This document shows positions 1-9,173 of a stretch of DNA of 64,000 nucleotides, one piece after another. The stretch's first letter is position 1. Every line of letters begins with the position of its first letter. Origin of the DNA: an uncultured Syntrophorhabdaceae bacterium (GTDB lineage Bacteria > Desulfobacterota > Syntrophorhabdia > Syntrophorhabdales > Syntrophorhabdaceae); the NCBI GenBank assembly GCA_964532465.1, contig CAZHHX010000019.1:589-64588 (forward strand). Reading direction: 5' to 3'. Under the pieces are notes generated by a model that was not told where the DNA came from, made no database searches, and saw only the letters and a list, made by a program, of their open reading frames with translations. The position numbers were made by a program, and so were the translations under genes.

Positions 1-62
1 ATCCACTTTTATATTTTTAACTATTTTTGTTTTTTTCTCTTTGTTGTCCACGGTGACACCCC

Positions 63-2021
63 TTATTCCTTCTCTTTCTTGGCCCTGGTATCATTAAGAG
101 CAGTAACTTCATTCCCGGTCAAAACACCCCTCTTGATCAAGTCTTCCGACACGTAGCCCAAGCTCAATTTATCCAAGGTCTCTTTGGTTGGAATTCCATC
201 AAAGGTCCAGCCTTTGAAGTCATAATATTTGGTCAGCAACTGCTGCTCATATTCTTCATTCCTTACCGCCCAGTGATCCTCCGGCGGCCTCTCCATATGT
301 CTCCTCAGACCCAGTCTGTTATTGAGTGCTCTAATCAGGTTCCGATCCCTCTGGAAGCATTCCCACAGCCTGTCTTTGTCAAACTCCCACCCCGTCGCAT
401 GGGTGATTATCTGCGGCATGTTCCATACGTGATACCCTGTGGTGCCACCGAACTGACCACGGAATGATGATACAAATCCGCAGAATCCAAGGGCATCATC
501 AAGGTAGTGCATACACTCATTCCAATCAGTAATAGCACACATAGCGTCATCGGGCAACTGATCGCGTTTTACCCACTGCCGGAACCAGTCATGGAATTTT
601 TTATCCGGGACCGCGACCCACTTCTTGATGAACTCTTCCCTCAGCTCAGGATCCGCGATCGGGTCTTGCGGGAATGAGCCTTCGATCTGTGTTATAGCCA
701 TATCCTCACCAGTGGCTATCATGAGATAATAGGCCGGATTGAGTTTGCCGAGTTTGATGGGCAACTGCTCGAATTTCTTTACCGTATTGTGATCGAATTG
801 CTCGGCGCCGTTACCAATTATAGCTGCAGCCCCGGAAACGCCATGGGCGAGAATGTCTCCAATGCCTTCTCTAAATGCTATCTTCTGAAGGAGATAGTAG
901 AACCTTTGTCTAATATCGTCAGGCATACCCGGGAAGTCCTTATCAGTTAAAATCCCGGCATCCAGGAGCTCAAGAGCAAAGGCAAGAACCTGTGGTGTTG
1001 AGTAGGAGTCAAATCCTAAATCCATAGCAATAGGAAGTATCTCGTAGGTAAAGTCCAGTTCCTGGAAGGAAGCCATGTGGTAGGTATCTTTTCCGTAGCA
1101 CTTGTAGGAGAATCTTCTCCTGTTCGGCCACTGAATGAGATTGTGACATGCCTTCGGGCAGTTCCAGCAGCCCGTCCAGCGGTTCATGTGGTCGTACTTG
1201 AGGTTCCGCCATCTCTCTTCGAGAGCATCACTCCAGAAGGTCTTTCGCCGTACACGTGCATTGCCCCAGGAGAAATTGTTGTGATGGAAACTGTCATCTT
1301 CATCAGTCGCCATCCAGTCCCCGATATTCGGGTTCGCATCAAGCTCCTTCCTCAGACGTGAACACATCTCCCACATTTCTACGGGGTGAGCGAGATTGAC
1401 GTCTTTTGTTCCCCGGATGGCAATCGCCTTCAGCTTTTTTGCTCCCATAACCGGCCCAGGTGTACGAGCAGCGCTCGAGTTGCCGCAATCAATGGAAGCT
1501 GTAATACATCTGTGCTCCCCGGCCGGGCCGATAGCAGCCACCATGGCTCTTTTGTCGTTCAACTCTTCCTGGATCATTCTCTGAGTGTCAACCATTCCTT
1601 TTCCGGCAAGATGCCTGGCATCACGGATTTCAACTTTATCGTTGTGTATCGCCAGGTAGACCAGATCGGAAGCTTCACCCTTGATGATTATTCTGTCATA
1701 GCCGGCCATTTTCATTTCCGCCCCAAAAAATCCACCCATCAGTGAATGCCCAAAAAATCCGTTCACGGGGGCAATGGTATTGACCGACACGCGGTTTGCG
1801 CCGGGAACGCATGTACCGTTCAGAAGACCATTACCGAAAATGAGCAGGTTCTCGGGAGACCATGGATCAGTGTCAGGAGGAACACGATCATATAGTATCT
1901 TCGCGTTCATACCGTGGCCGCCCAGATACAATGCCGTATCTCTCGGATCGGTCTCTACCTTATCAATGCTTCCCTTTGACAAATCAATTTCTAAATTATA
2001 CCCTGTTTCTGCATACCTCAT
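63..2021 (-). CDS. bamB: Aldehyde:ferredoxin oxidoreductase (AOR) family tungstoenzyme, BamB-like (class II benzoyl-CoA reductase catalytic subunit-like)
   Basis: 652-aa uninterrupted ORF. The N-terminus MRYAETGYNLEIDLSKGSIDKVETDPRDTALYLGGHGMNAKILYDRVPP and the length match my recollection of Geobacter BamB. Cys-containing core CWNCPKAC. Confidence 0.72.
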   Translation of the reverse strand: MRYAETGYNLEIDLSKGSIDKVETDPRDTALYLGGHGMNAKILYDRVPPDTDPWSPENLLIFGNGLLNGTCVPGANRVSVNTIAPVNGFFGHSLMGGFFGAEMKMAGYDRIIIKGEASDLVYLAIHNDKVEIRDARHLAGKGMVDTQRMIQEELNDKRAMVAAIGPAGEHRCITASIDCGNSSAARTPGPVMGAKKLKAIAIRGTKDVNLAHPVEMWEMCSRLRKELDANPNIGDWMATDEDDSFHHNNFSWGNARVRRKTFWSDALEERWRNLKYDHMNRWTGCWNCPKACHNLIQWPNRRRFSYKCYGKDTYHMASFQELDFTYEILPIAMDLGFDSYSTPQVLAFALELLDAGILTDKDFPGMPDDIRQRFYYLLQKIAFREGIGDILAHGVSGAAAIIGNGAEQFDHNTVKKFEQLPIKLGKLNPAYYLMIATGEDMAITQIEGSFPQDPIADPELREEFIKKWVAVPDKKFHDWFRQWVKRDQLPDDAMCAITDWNECMHYLDDALGFCGFVSSFRGQFGGTTGYHVWNMPQIITHATGWEFDKDRLWECFQRDRNLIRALNNRLGLRRHMERPPEDHWAVRNEEYEQQLLTKYYDFKGWTFDGIPTKETLDKLSLGYVSEDLIKRGVLTGNEVTALNDTRAKKEKE

Positions 2022-2103
2022 TCTTTACTCCTCATAGGTCTTTTCGCAGCATAACTTCCGGCTGCGCAGGTTGTTAAAATTTCATGTGCTTCCTCGGCAC
2101 TTT

Positions 2104-2310
2104 TTAATGGCGGGCGGTCATTGAACCGTGTCCGCCTTTCTTTTCCTTTACTTCAACTTTTTTAGGGATTCTTGCTTGAGGCGCCACAGGAGTGTCTGTG
2201 ATTGGAAGCAACCAAATAACCTCTTGCAACGAATTCTTAAGAATCAGCTCTGCAGTTTCTATATCCGGAGCTTCTATCTCTTTTACATTACAATAAACTC
2301 TATAATACAT
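2104..2310 (-). CDS. Small hypothetical protein (68 aa) immediately upstream of the BamB-like gene
   Basis: ATG preceded by GGAGGAGG on the minus strand; same strand as bamB-like. No family recognised. Confidence 0.4.
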   Translation of the reverse strand: MYYRVYCNVKEIEAPDIETAELILKNSLQEVIWLLPITDTPVAPQARIPKKVEVKEKKGGHGSMTARH

Positions 2311-2380
2311 GTCTTATCCTCCTCCAATCACTTAAATAGATTCTCGCGGGCTCACACCCGCGACCCTATAACTCAACACC

Positions 2381-3163
2381 TCACTGTAATCGACAGTTAA
2401 TCTCTTCGGAAATCTTTATCAGCGATTCTACCAACCAATGACGGGACGAGTCCGTTATCTGATTCCTCAAACCGGCAGCCCAGATAGCAACTTGAACATC
2501 CTTGCCGCAGGCATTAATGGGTACGCCAAAACCAACCATGCTCTCAATATATTCTCCCATATCATAGGCAATGCCTCGTTTGCGTACTTCAAGGATCTCC
2601 TCTTTATAGACAGCCTTATCTATAATGGAATAGGGTGTATATCGCTTCAGTTCGGTTCGGGCAAGAATATCGTTGATTACTTCATCAGACAACTGGGATA
2701 ACATTGCCTTAATCCCGGCACCAGCCAGGATGGGCATCTTCATGCCTATTTCCGATGATACCTTGATTCCATGGTCTGAATCTACTTTATCAATAAGAAT
2801 TGCCTGACATTCAGATCGAAGTCCTAAAAAAACCGAAAGATTGGTTTTTTTATTTATTTCCTCCAAATACGGACGCGCAAGCTGTATGACCGTTGAGCGT
2901 TTACCTGCCATATTTGCCAGAATATAAAAGTTTGTACCAAAGGTAAATTTACCGTCGCGTTGATTTTCAAGCACATTGAGATCTACAAGAGTATGGCTTA
3001 TGTTGTACACCGTGCTCTTGTTCAAGGATAGTTTCCCGGACATGTCACTTATGCCCAGAGGTTCTTTCGATTGGGCAAGCAATTCCAGAATAGCAAAACA
3101 TTTGTCAACGGCCGGCACTCTTTTAAATTCTCTTTGGTTCATATTTTGATTCGCGTAATTCAT
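2381..3163 (-). CDS. IclR-family transcriptional regulator
   Basis: 260 aa. N-terminal winged HTH (VDKCFAILELLAQSKEPLGISDMSGKLSLNKSTVYNISHTLVDLNVLE) followed by an effector domain of IclR-typical length. Confidence 0.8.
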   Translation of the reverse strand: MNYANQNMNQREFKRVPAVDKCFAILELLAQSKEPLGISDMSGKLSLNKSTVYNISHTLVDLNVLENQRDGKFTFGTNFYILANMAGKRSTVIQLARPYLEEINKKTNLSVFLGLRSECQAILIDKVDSDHGIKVSSEIGMKMPILAGAGIKAMLSQLSDEVINDILARTELKRYTPYSIIDKAVYKEEILEVRKRGIAYDMGEYIESMVGFGVPINACGKDVQVAIWAAGLRNQITDSSRHWLVESLIKISEEINCRLQ

Positions 3164-3426
3164 ATTGTGTTCTCTATATCAAACATATGTTTTATATATC
3201 AAACGATTAAATATTTGTCAAGAAAAAATATTAAATATTTTATATTACAGGATAATTAGATTGCCAACATATTGATTAAATTAATCTTTAATTTTTTATG
3301 AGCAACATTCATTTATTATAACTATCTGTAGATAAATGTTTTATTATAATAGATAGTCCTTTACAAAACAGTTTTTATCGCCTATAATGAATTATATTCA
3401 ATTAGAGTTTCAAAGGAAACTTAAAC

Positions 3427-4020
3427 TTGTCGAAAAAAGATTTAAAGAAACAGCAGATCATTCAGGCCGCTACCGAAGTCTTCGGCAACAGTAATTTTCA
3501 AAATGCCGCCATCTCTGAAATCGCCCAGAAGGCAAACGTGGCCGAGGGCACACTTTATCAATACTTTAAGAACAAAGAAGATCTTTTCTTTTCAATCCCT
3601 GCGGAGAAAACAGATGAATTCTGCGATGAATTTGATCTCCATCTCCAGGGAATTAATGATACTTTCGGCAAAATTAGAAAATTAATCTGGTACTACCTCT
3701 ATTTCTTTAAAACAAATCCTGGTTATGCCCGCAGTCTTATGCTCGAAATGCGCGTGAGCAAGAGTTTTATAAGGTCAAAAACCTATGACAGGATAAAGGT
3801 CTTCACCGATAAGGTTCTTGAAATAATCAAGGAAGGTCAGGAAGAAGGGCGTATAAGAAAGGATGTTGACATATACATTATCCGGGAATTATTGCTCGGG
3901 TTTCTGGAGCACAGAGTCACCTGGTGGCTGCTCAAAGAAGAAAAGTACGACCTCGTTGAACATTACGACGAGATCTTTGAATTGGTTTTTAATGGAATTA
4001 AATCTTCCACGGAGGAATAG
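3427..4020 (+). CDS. TetR/AcrR-family transcriptional regulator
   Basis: 197 aa with TTG start. TetR HTH signature AAISEIAQKANVAEGTLYQYFKNKEDLF. Confidence 0.85.
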   Translation: MSKKDLKKQQIIQAATEVFGNSNFQNAAISEIAQKANVAEGTLYQYFKNKEDLFFSIPAEKTDEFCDEFDLHLQGINDTFGKIRKLIWYYLYFFKTNPGYARSLMLEMRVSKSFIRSKTYDRIKVFTDKVLEIIKEGQEEGRIRKDVDIYIIRELLLGFLEHRVTWWLLKEEKYDLVEHYDEIFELVFNGIKSSTEE

Positions 4021-4061
4021 AAATATTATGGAAGAAATATTGAACAAGGAGGAGAAGCAAT

Positions 4062-6125
4062 ATGGCTACACAAGTTATTAAATCAGACTGTATTATGTGC
4101 ATCAACAGTTGTGGAATAAACGCATATGTTGAAGACGGCAAACTCGTCAAAGTCGAGGGTATGAAAGAGCACCCTATCAGCTTAGGGGAGTTGTGCCCCA
4201 GGGGCGAGGCTCTACCCGAGTGGGTATATTCAAAAGACAGGCTTACGCACCCTTTGCGGAAGAAGACCGACGGCGGATGGGAACGCATATCCTGGGATGA
4301 TGCGATAGATACGATAGCTAAAAAATTTCAGGAGATAAAAGACAAATACGGCGCAAAAGCTCTTGCTGTATACACCGGTTCATTGGGAACGGAAAATATT
4401 GAGCTGGCAGCCTATGCTCAGAGGTTTCGCGGAGTTTACGGAACGCCCAATCTTCTGTCCGTGGAAGGAAACTGCTTCCGTTCACGCATCATGGCTCGCC
4501 AGATGACCTTCGGCGGATACCCGATTGAGGAACCCTGGAATGCCGAGTGCATTATCGTTTTCGGACAGAATATGGATAACTCCAGAGTAACCGTGGGCCG
4601 CAAAATATATAAGGCCATGGAAGCCGGGACACTTAAGCACGTCATAATCGTTGATCCGAAAAAGATCCCCATGGCGGAGAAAGGCATTCATATCCAGATC
4701 AGGCCCGGTACAGACACAGCTCTTTGTCTGGGCATACTCAACGTTATTATAGGGGAAAAACTCTACGACAAAGAATTTGTCGAAAAGTTCTGCATCGGTT
4801 TCGACAAACTGACTGAACACGTAAAACAGTATACACCTGAAAAAATGTCTGAGATCACCTGGGTGCCTGCAGACGACATAAGAAAAATAGCCCGTCTGTT
4901 TGCAACAAGCAAACCGGCATCCCTGGTTCCGGGAACATGCTCGATAGATCAGCATGTAAACGGCTTTCAGGGCAACCGCGTTCATGCCATAATACAGGCA
5001 ATAACAGGCAATATTGACATTCCCGGCGGCTGGGTGAATATCCCCTTTATCCGTCTCGGAGACATGAGAGTTACAGAGATCAGCGATCCCATCGGTACTG
5101 AAGAACATCCACTTTTCCGCCGCTTCTGGGGTAGAACATCTCCTTACGGACAGCAAATGCTCTTTGCCGATGCAGTTTTGAAAGGCAAACCATACCATAT
5201 TAAGGGCATGATCTGCACCGGCGGGAATCCGGCTGTTACATTGCCTGATTCAGAACGTATAAAAGAAGCAATAAAGGCCCTTGAATTTGTAGTAGTATCA
5301 GAGCTGTTTATGACTGAAACTGCCGAACTCGCCGATATTGTACTGCCCGCTTGCTCATTCCTTGAGAAAAGCGGCGTAGGTTACGTATATGGCGTTACAA
5401 ACTGTATTCCCTATGCAATGGTGCGCAAGAAAGTAATTGATCCTATCGGCGAATGCTGGCCGGATTGGAAAATATGGACAGAAATAGGCAGAAGAATGGG
5501 TTATGGCAGTTTCTTCCCCTGGAACACTGAAGAAGAAATTATAGATTTCTTTCTAAAACCGAGCGGACTGAACAGGGAGCAGTTGACCAATGAACATCCG
5601 GAAGGCGCCTATTATACTGAAATGAAATATGTTCAACAGAAACGCTACAATACACCTTCAGGAAAAATCGAGCTTTATTCCCAGACATTGGAGGAAAACG
5701 GTTACGATCCCCTGCCAAAGCCTGTGGAGCCCAGCAAGAGCCCCATAAGCTCGCCGGAGATGTTCAAAAAGTATCCTGTTATCCTTACAACAGGGTCTAG
5801 AATCCCGGAATATACGCACACCCAGCTCAGAGGTATTTCTTCCGTACACAAGACCGCGCCTGAGCCTTTGGCAGAGATACATCCGGACACGGCAGCCCTG
5901 TATGGTATTTCAGATGGCAACATGATAAATATAGAGACGCAGAAAGGCAAGATCCTTATGAAGGCAAAGACTACCGAGAAACTGGTTCGCGGGGTGTTAA
6001 GCGTTCCCCATGGGTGGAATAAAAACGCAAACTGCAATTTGTTGACTGAACTTGAACCGCGCGACCCCGTAACAGGTTACACAGAGATGAAAGCACTTCT
6101 CTGCAGAATATCTAAAGCAGCATAG
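4062..6125 (+). CDS. Cytoplasmic molybdopterin/tungstopterin oxidoreductase (DMSO reductase superfamily), acetylene-hydratase/pyrogallol-transhydroxylase-like
   Basis: 687 aa. N-terminal 4Fe-4S motif C10-x2-C13-x3-C17...C45 and no twin-arginine signal. The block GTDTALCLGILNVIIGEKLYDKEFVEKFCIGF resembles my memory of Pelobacter acetylene hydratase. Confidence 0.8.
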   Translation: MATQVIKSDCIMCINSCGINAYVEDGKLVKVEGMKEHPISLGELCPRGEALPEWVYSKDRLTHPLRKKTDGGWERISWDDAIDTIAKKFQEIKDKYGAKALAVYTGSLGTENIELAAYAQRFRGVYGTPNLLSVEGNCFRSRIMARQMTFGGYPIEEPWNAECIIVFGQNMDNSRVTVGRKIYKAMEAGTLKHVIIVDPKKIPMAEKGIHIQIRPGTDTALCLGILNVIIGEKLYDKEFVEKFCIGFDKLTEHVKQYTPEKMSEITWVPADDIRKIARLFATSKPASLVPGTCSIDQHVNGFQGNRVHAIIQAITGNIDIPGGWVNIPFIRLGDMRVTEISDPIGTEEHPLFRRFWGRTSPYGQQMLFADAVLKGKPYHIKGMICTGGNPAVTLPDSERIKEAIKALEFVVVSELFMTETAELADIVLPACSFLEKSGVGYVYGVTNCIPYAMVRKKVIDPIGECWPDWKIWTEIGRRMGYGSFFPWNTEEEIIDFFLKPSGLNREQLTNEHPEGAYYTEMKYVQQKRYNTPSGKIELYSQTLEENGYDPLPKPVEPSKSPISSPEMFKKYPVILTTGSRIPEYTHTQLRGISSVHKTAPEPLAEIHPDTAALYGISDGNMINIETQKGKILMKAKTTEKLVRGVLSVPHGWNKNANCNLLTELEPRDPVTGYTEMKALLCRISKAA

Positions 6126-6238
6126 GAATAAAAGGATATAGCAGAAGAGAATTGTGAATGCTTTCCGGCAGACCTTTGCAATACGCGAGGATTACCGCAG
6201 CTCGTAAGACTGAATAGTTAAAATTGATTTGATATATT

Positions 6239-6272
6239 AAAAAACCGCCGTTTTTCAGAACGGCGGTTTTTT
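6239..6272. terminator. Bidirectional Rho-independent terminator
   Basis: Stem CCGCCGTT/AACGGCGG (6245-6252 / 6259-6266) with a 6-nt loop, flanked by an A-run upstream and a T-run downstream. It can terminate both the plus-strand Mo-enzyme gene and minus-strand transcripts. Confidence 0.8.
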
Positions 6273-6989
6273 AATATATCCGGTCCTTTCCTAAATAAGA
6301 TGCAGTAATCTTTATATTTTAACCTCATATCGAGAGTGTGAACGCTGATATTGATATAAAACATGTAATATGTGCTGAAATATAAACCATACCGGAAGAG
6401 GTAAGGAAAAATAGCGCCAAAAATTGAAATCAACTCGGAGAAGACTTTTGACCGTGGCCTAAAAACCCGTTTTTATGGCACAGGTAAGCTTTGGGCAAGT
6501 GATGGTTCCGTTGCCTAAATCAGAAGCAGGGATTATATCGTTCGACAATATCAGGCAAAATAGCTCTATCCAAAATATCTCGTTCATGGAGGGCTGTATA
6601 AAAAGCTCGGGCATCTGCTGACATGCTTTTTGTCGAGATCGTAGAAAATGCATAAGATCATCCTCTCTGTTACGCTTCGTTTAAGTATGGTAATGCCCGG
6701 TCACTACGTAATGTCATCTTCAGGGACATAATCCTCCTTAAAATAACGATTGGATTAAATTACACGGCAGGTAAAAGTCATAAGAAATACAGAAAGATTC
6801 ATCCCTCTCGCTTATGTTTTTGATAATATCTTCGTGGATTTCCCAGAAGCAAGGATTACATGAAGAAATGCTTAACCGCATTAATTCTTTGATAATTTTT
6901 CTATCACTCATTTATCAAGCATTGGACAAACAGCGGGGAATTGCGAAATATTTTCAGCCAACTCCCTCTGACAGCCATTAAGTATGGCA

Positions 6990-7565
6990 TCATGCTTTTA
7001 AGCTTGTGACCAGCCATGCGATTGTTTCACCCAAGTCTTTCATGTTTTCAAGTGCTTCAGCATCTTTCTCAACTTCCCCCTTTTCCCGTCCTACACCAAA
7101 ATTCCAGTATGTTGAACCTGGGATAATCATTCTGGACATTAAAAACATATGGTACATTGAATCTATAACACTGGTTGCTCCTCCCCTTCTGTTCACAGTT
7201 ACTGCCGCGCCGATTTTATGAGAGAAAAGGCGGCCATTCGCATTAGCCACGAATCCTGCACGGTCTATTAATGCTTTCATTTCTGATGTCATTCCGGCAA
7301 AGTATGTTGGTGAACCCAAGATGATTGCATCGGATTCAATCATTTTACCAATGCATTCATTCACTATGTCTGTGTCAATTGCACATCTTGAATTCTTGTT
7401 TTCCTTACACTTATAGCAGGCTATGCAGCCATGCACTTGCTTACCGCCAATCTGGATCAGTTCCGTTGTTATTCCTGCTTCAGTAATAGGCTCAAGCACT
7501 TTTTTCAGCAAGAATTCCGTATTCCCATCTTTACGTGGGCTTCCATTAATTGCAATTGCCTTCAT
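6990..7565 (-). CDS. Iron-sulfur flavoprotein / NAD(P)H-dependent FMN reductase family (flavodoxin-like fold)
   Basis: MKAIAINGSPRKDGNTEFLL N-terminus and Cys cluster CIACYKCKENKNSRC. I prefer the ATG at 7565, preceded by GGGGAGG, over the ORF-track start at 7589. Confidence 0.75.
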   Translation of the reverse strand: MKAIAINGSPRKDGNTEFLLKKVLEPITEAGITTELIQIGGKQVHGCIACYKCKENKNSRCAIDTDIVNECIGKMIESDAIILGSPTYFAGMTSEMKALIDRAGFVANANGRLFSHKIGAAVTVNRRGGATSVIDSMYHMFLMSRMIIPGSTYWNFGVGREKGEVEKDAEALENMKDLGETIAWLVTSLKA

Positions 7566-7777
7566 TGTTCGACCTCCCCATAGATTCATTTATAATTTCA
7601 AAATTATTATGCTTAACCGATAATATTGTCAATAACAATGACGTTTTTATGATGACAAACATATAATAAGGAAGAGCTTCACAGAAAGTGGTTTTTGAAT
7701 AAATCAATTTTGATGAACTCGTAAAAAGTAGAAAACAGCTTTCCGATTGTGATACGCTCTTTTTTTTGGAGATAAAT

Positions 7778-8443
7778 ATGAATATTCAAGACAGAACAAT
7801 AGATGTGGTCATTTTTGATTTCGGGGGTGTCCTGGCTGAAATAGGATTTGAAGAGGGACTGAGGGCTGTTGCGATGCGCCACGGGTTAGATGAAACGGCC
7901 TTTTATAATCTGGCTTATGACTTGATTTACTCGACAGGATATCTGACGGGCCACATTGAAGAACACGCCTTCTGGCAGATAATCCGCGAAAAAACAGGCA
8001 TTGAAGATAACGACATAATGCTCCGCGATGAAGTCCTCTCACGATTTGTTCTGCGGCCCTGGATGTTTGCTATTGTAAAAAAGCTCAAAGCAAATGGTAT
8101 CGGAACTGCTATCCTAAGCGATCAAACCAATTGGCTCGATGAATTAAACGAACAATACGATTTTTTTAAATATTTCGATGTTGTGTTTAACAGCTATAAT
8201 CTTAGAAAAAGTAAGATGGACCCTTCCCATTTTTCAGATATTATCACACGTCTGAATTGTGCACCGGAGAGGCTTCTTTTTGTAGATGATACTGAGGCAC
8301 ATTGTGTAACTGCACGCAGGATGGGCATGAAGGCAATCCGGTTCATTGACCGTTCTTCCTTTCTCGAAGCTATAGCATGTTTTTGGCCTATATTGCAGTT
8401 GACCGGGCCGGCAAGTAAAGCATTGTGTCCGGAGGAAATTTGA
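7778..8443 (+). CDS. HAD-superfamily hydrolase
   Basis: Motif I VVIFDFGGVLAE. The ATG at 7778 is preceded by GGAGA; the ORF-track start at 7766 is a TTG. Confidence 0.75.
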   Translation: MNIQDRTIDVVIFDFGGVLAEIGFEEGLRAVAMRHGLDETAFYNLAYDLIYSTGYLTGHIEEHAFWQIIREKTGIEDNDIMLRDEVLSRFVLRPWMFAIVKKLKANGIGTAILSDQTNWLDELNEQYDFFKYFDVVFNSYNLRKSKMDPSHFSDIITRLNCAPERLLFVDDTEAHCVTARRMGMKAIRFIDRSSFLEAIACFWPILQLTGPASKALCPEEI

Positions 8444-8459
8444 ACAAGGAGGAAAAAGT

Positions 8460-8747
8460 ATGATTAGACACGTAGTTCTCTGTAAGTTTCGCACCTCAGC
8501 ATCCGAAGAAAAACGCGAGAATGCCGTAAATATGCTCCGTACCCTGGGACAATCTATTTCCGAGGTGCGAGAATGGAGCATGGGCAAGCAAGCTCTGCCT
8601 TCAAGCACAGCTTATGACCTGGCAATAGTTTCAAGTTTTGAGAATGCGGAAGCATTAGAGAGGTACAGGAAGCATCCCGATCACATCAGAATAAAGAATC
8701 TTCTGACTGAGATAGCGGATTTGGCTGTCGTTGATTATGAATATTAG
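8460..8747 (+). CDS. Dabb-family stress-responsive alpha/beta-barrel protein
   Basis: 95 aa. MIRHVVLCKF start and C-terminal HPDHIRIK motif typical of Dabb proteins. RBS AAGGAGG. Confidence 0.7.
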   Translation: MIRHVVLCKFRTSASEEKRENAVNMLRTLGQSISEVREWSMGKQALPSSTAYDLAIVSSFENAEALERYRKHPDHIRIKNLLTEIADLAVVDYEY

Positions 8748-9173
8748 ATAAAACAGGAAGGTTGAACGCAAACCAAGAAACGGCATAGCATAAGTCTTGC
8801 TGAATTCATGTCCGCTGGTTTTATCCCGTAACACACAACTGCTTTGGTGTACAATTTCCTAAAATTTGTATTTGCTATACGCAACAAAGTCTGCTTTGTC
8901 TTTTAATATTGGTTAGTTATACATCATTTAACATTGCCCCTAACTCATACTTCATGTCAACAGAATTTGTGGTCCCGTCTTGGCAACAACCTGTATATCG
9001 CCGCAGCCTTAATGTGGCACTGCGGGTACCCGCTTCCGGTCGCGGGAGGCTCCGACAGCTTTTACTGGTGGAGGGGTCGACGCGCGCACCACGAACAGTG
9101 GGATGAGACAAGGATGTCCGCAAGAGGCACAGGTGCAACAAAGGCATGCAAATGAAGGCAACCTGGTATCAGA

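Noticed and set aside
1-51. Possible GTG-initiated ORF on the minus strand, just downstream of the BamB-like stop, running off the left edge (VDNKEKKTKIVKNIKVD...). It could be the start of a ferredoxin-like BamC.
   Set aside because: Only 17 codons are visible with no diagnostic motif, so it cannot be supported as a feature.
4482-5198. Long antisense or off-frame ORFs inside well-supported genes. Examples: 4482-5198, 9504-10091, 13199-13705, 22758-23513, 27329-27994, 33866-34381, 34305-34886, 41276-42158.
   Set aside because: They lie entirely within strongly recognisable CDS on the other strand or frame, lack RBS and recognisable motifs, and have biased shadow-frame compositions.
6218-6433. 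71-aa minus-strand ORF with a hydrophobic N-terminus.
   Set aside because: Its 3' part runs through the strong bidirectional terminator hairpin at 6239-6272. No RBS.
8990-9060. Faint resemblance to cobalamin or Moco riboswitch cores (GGAGCCTCC, GCCAAGACGGGACC on the minus strand).
   Set aside because: The B12 box and other invariant blocks are not present on inspection. No gene lies downstream on either strand, because the region is between two convergent 3' ends.
9060-9075. The minus strand reads ...GACCCCTCCACCA, resembling a tmRNA or tRNA 3' end.
   Set aside because: There is no T-arm (GGTTCGAnnCC-type) in front of it, and a tmRNA body would have to overlap the 9174-10928 CDS.
8909-9155. 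Three overlapping 65-76-aa ORFs on both strands in the GC-rich block.
   Set aside because: They have no RBS, they mutually overlap, and their Arg/Pro/Gly-rich translations are typical of random frames in GC-rich DNA. The region is treated as non-coding.
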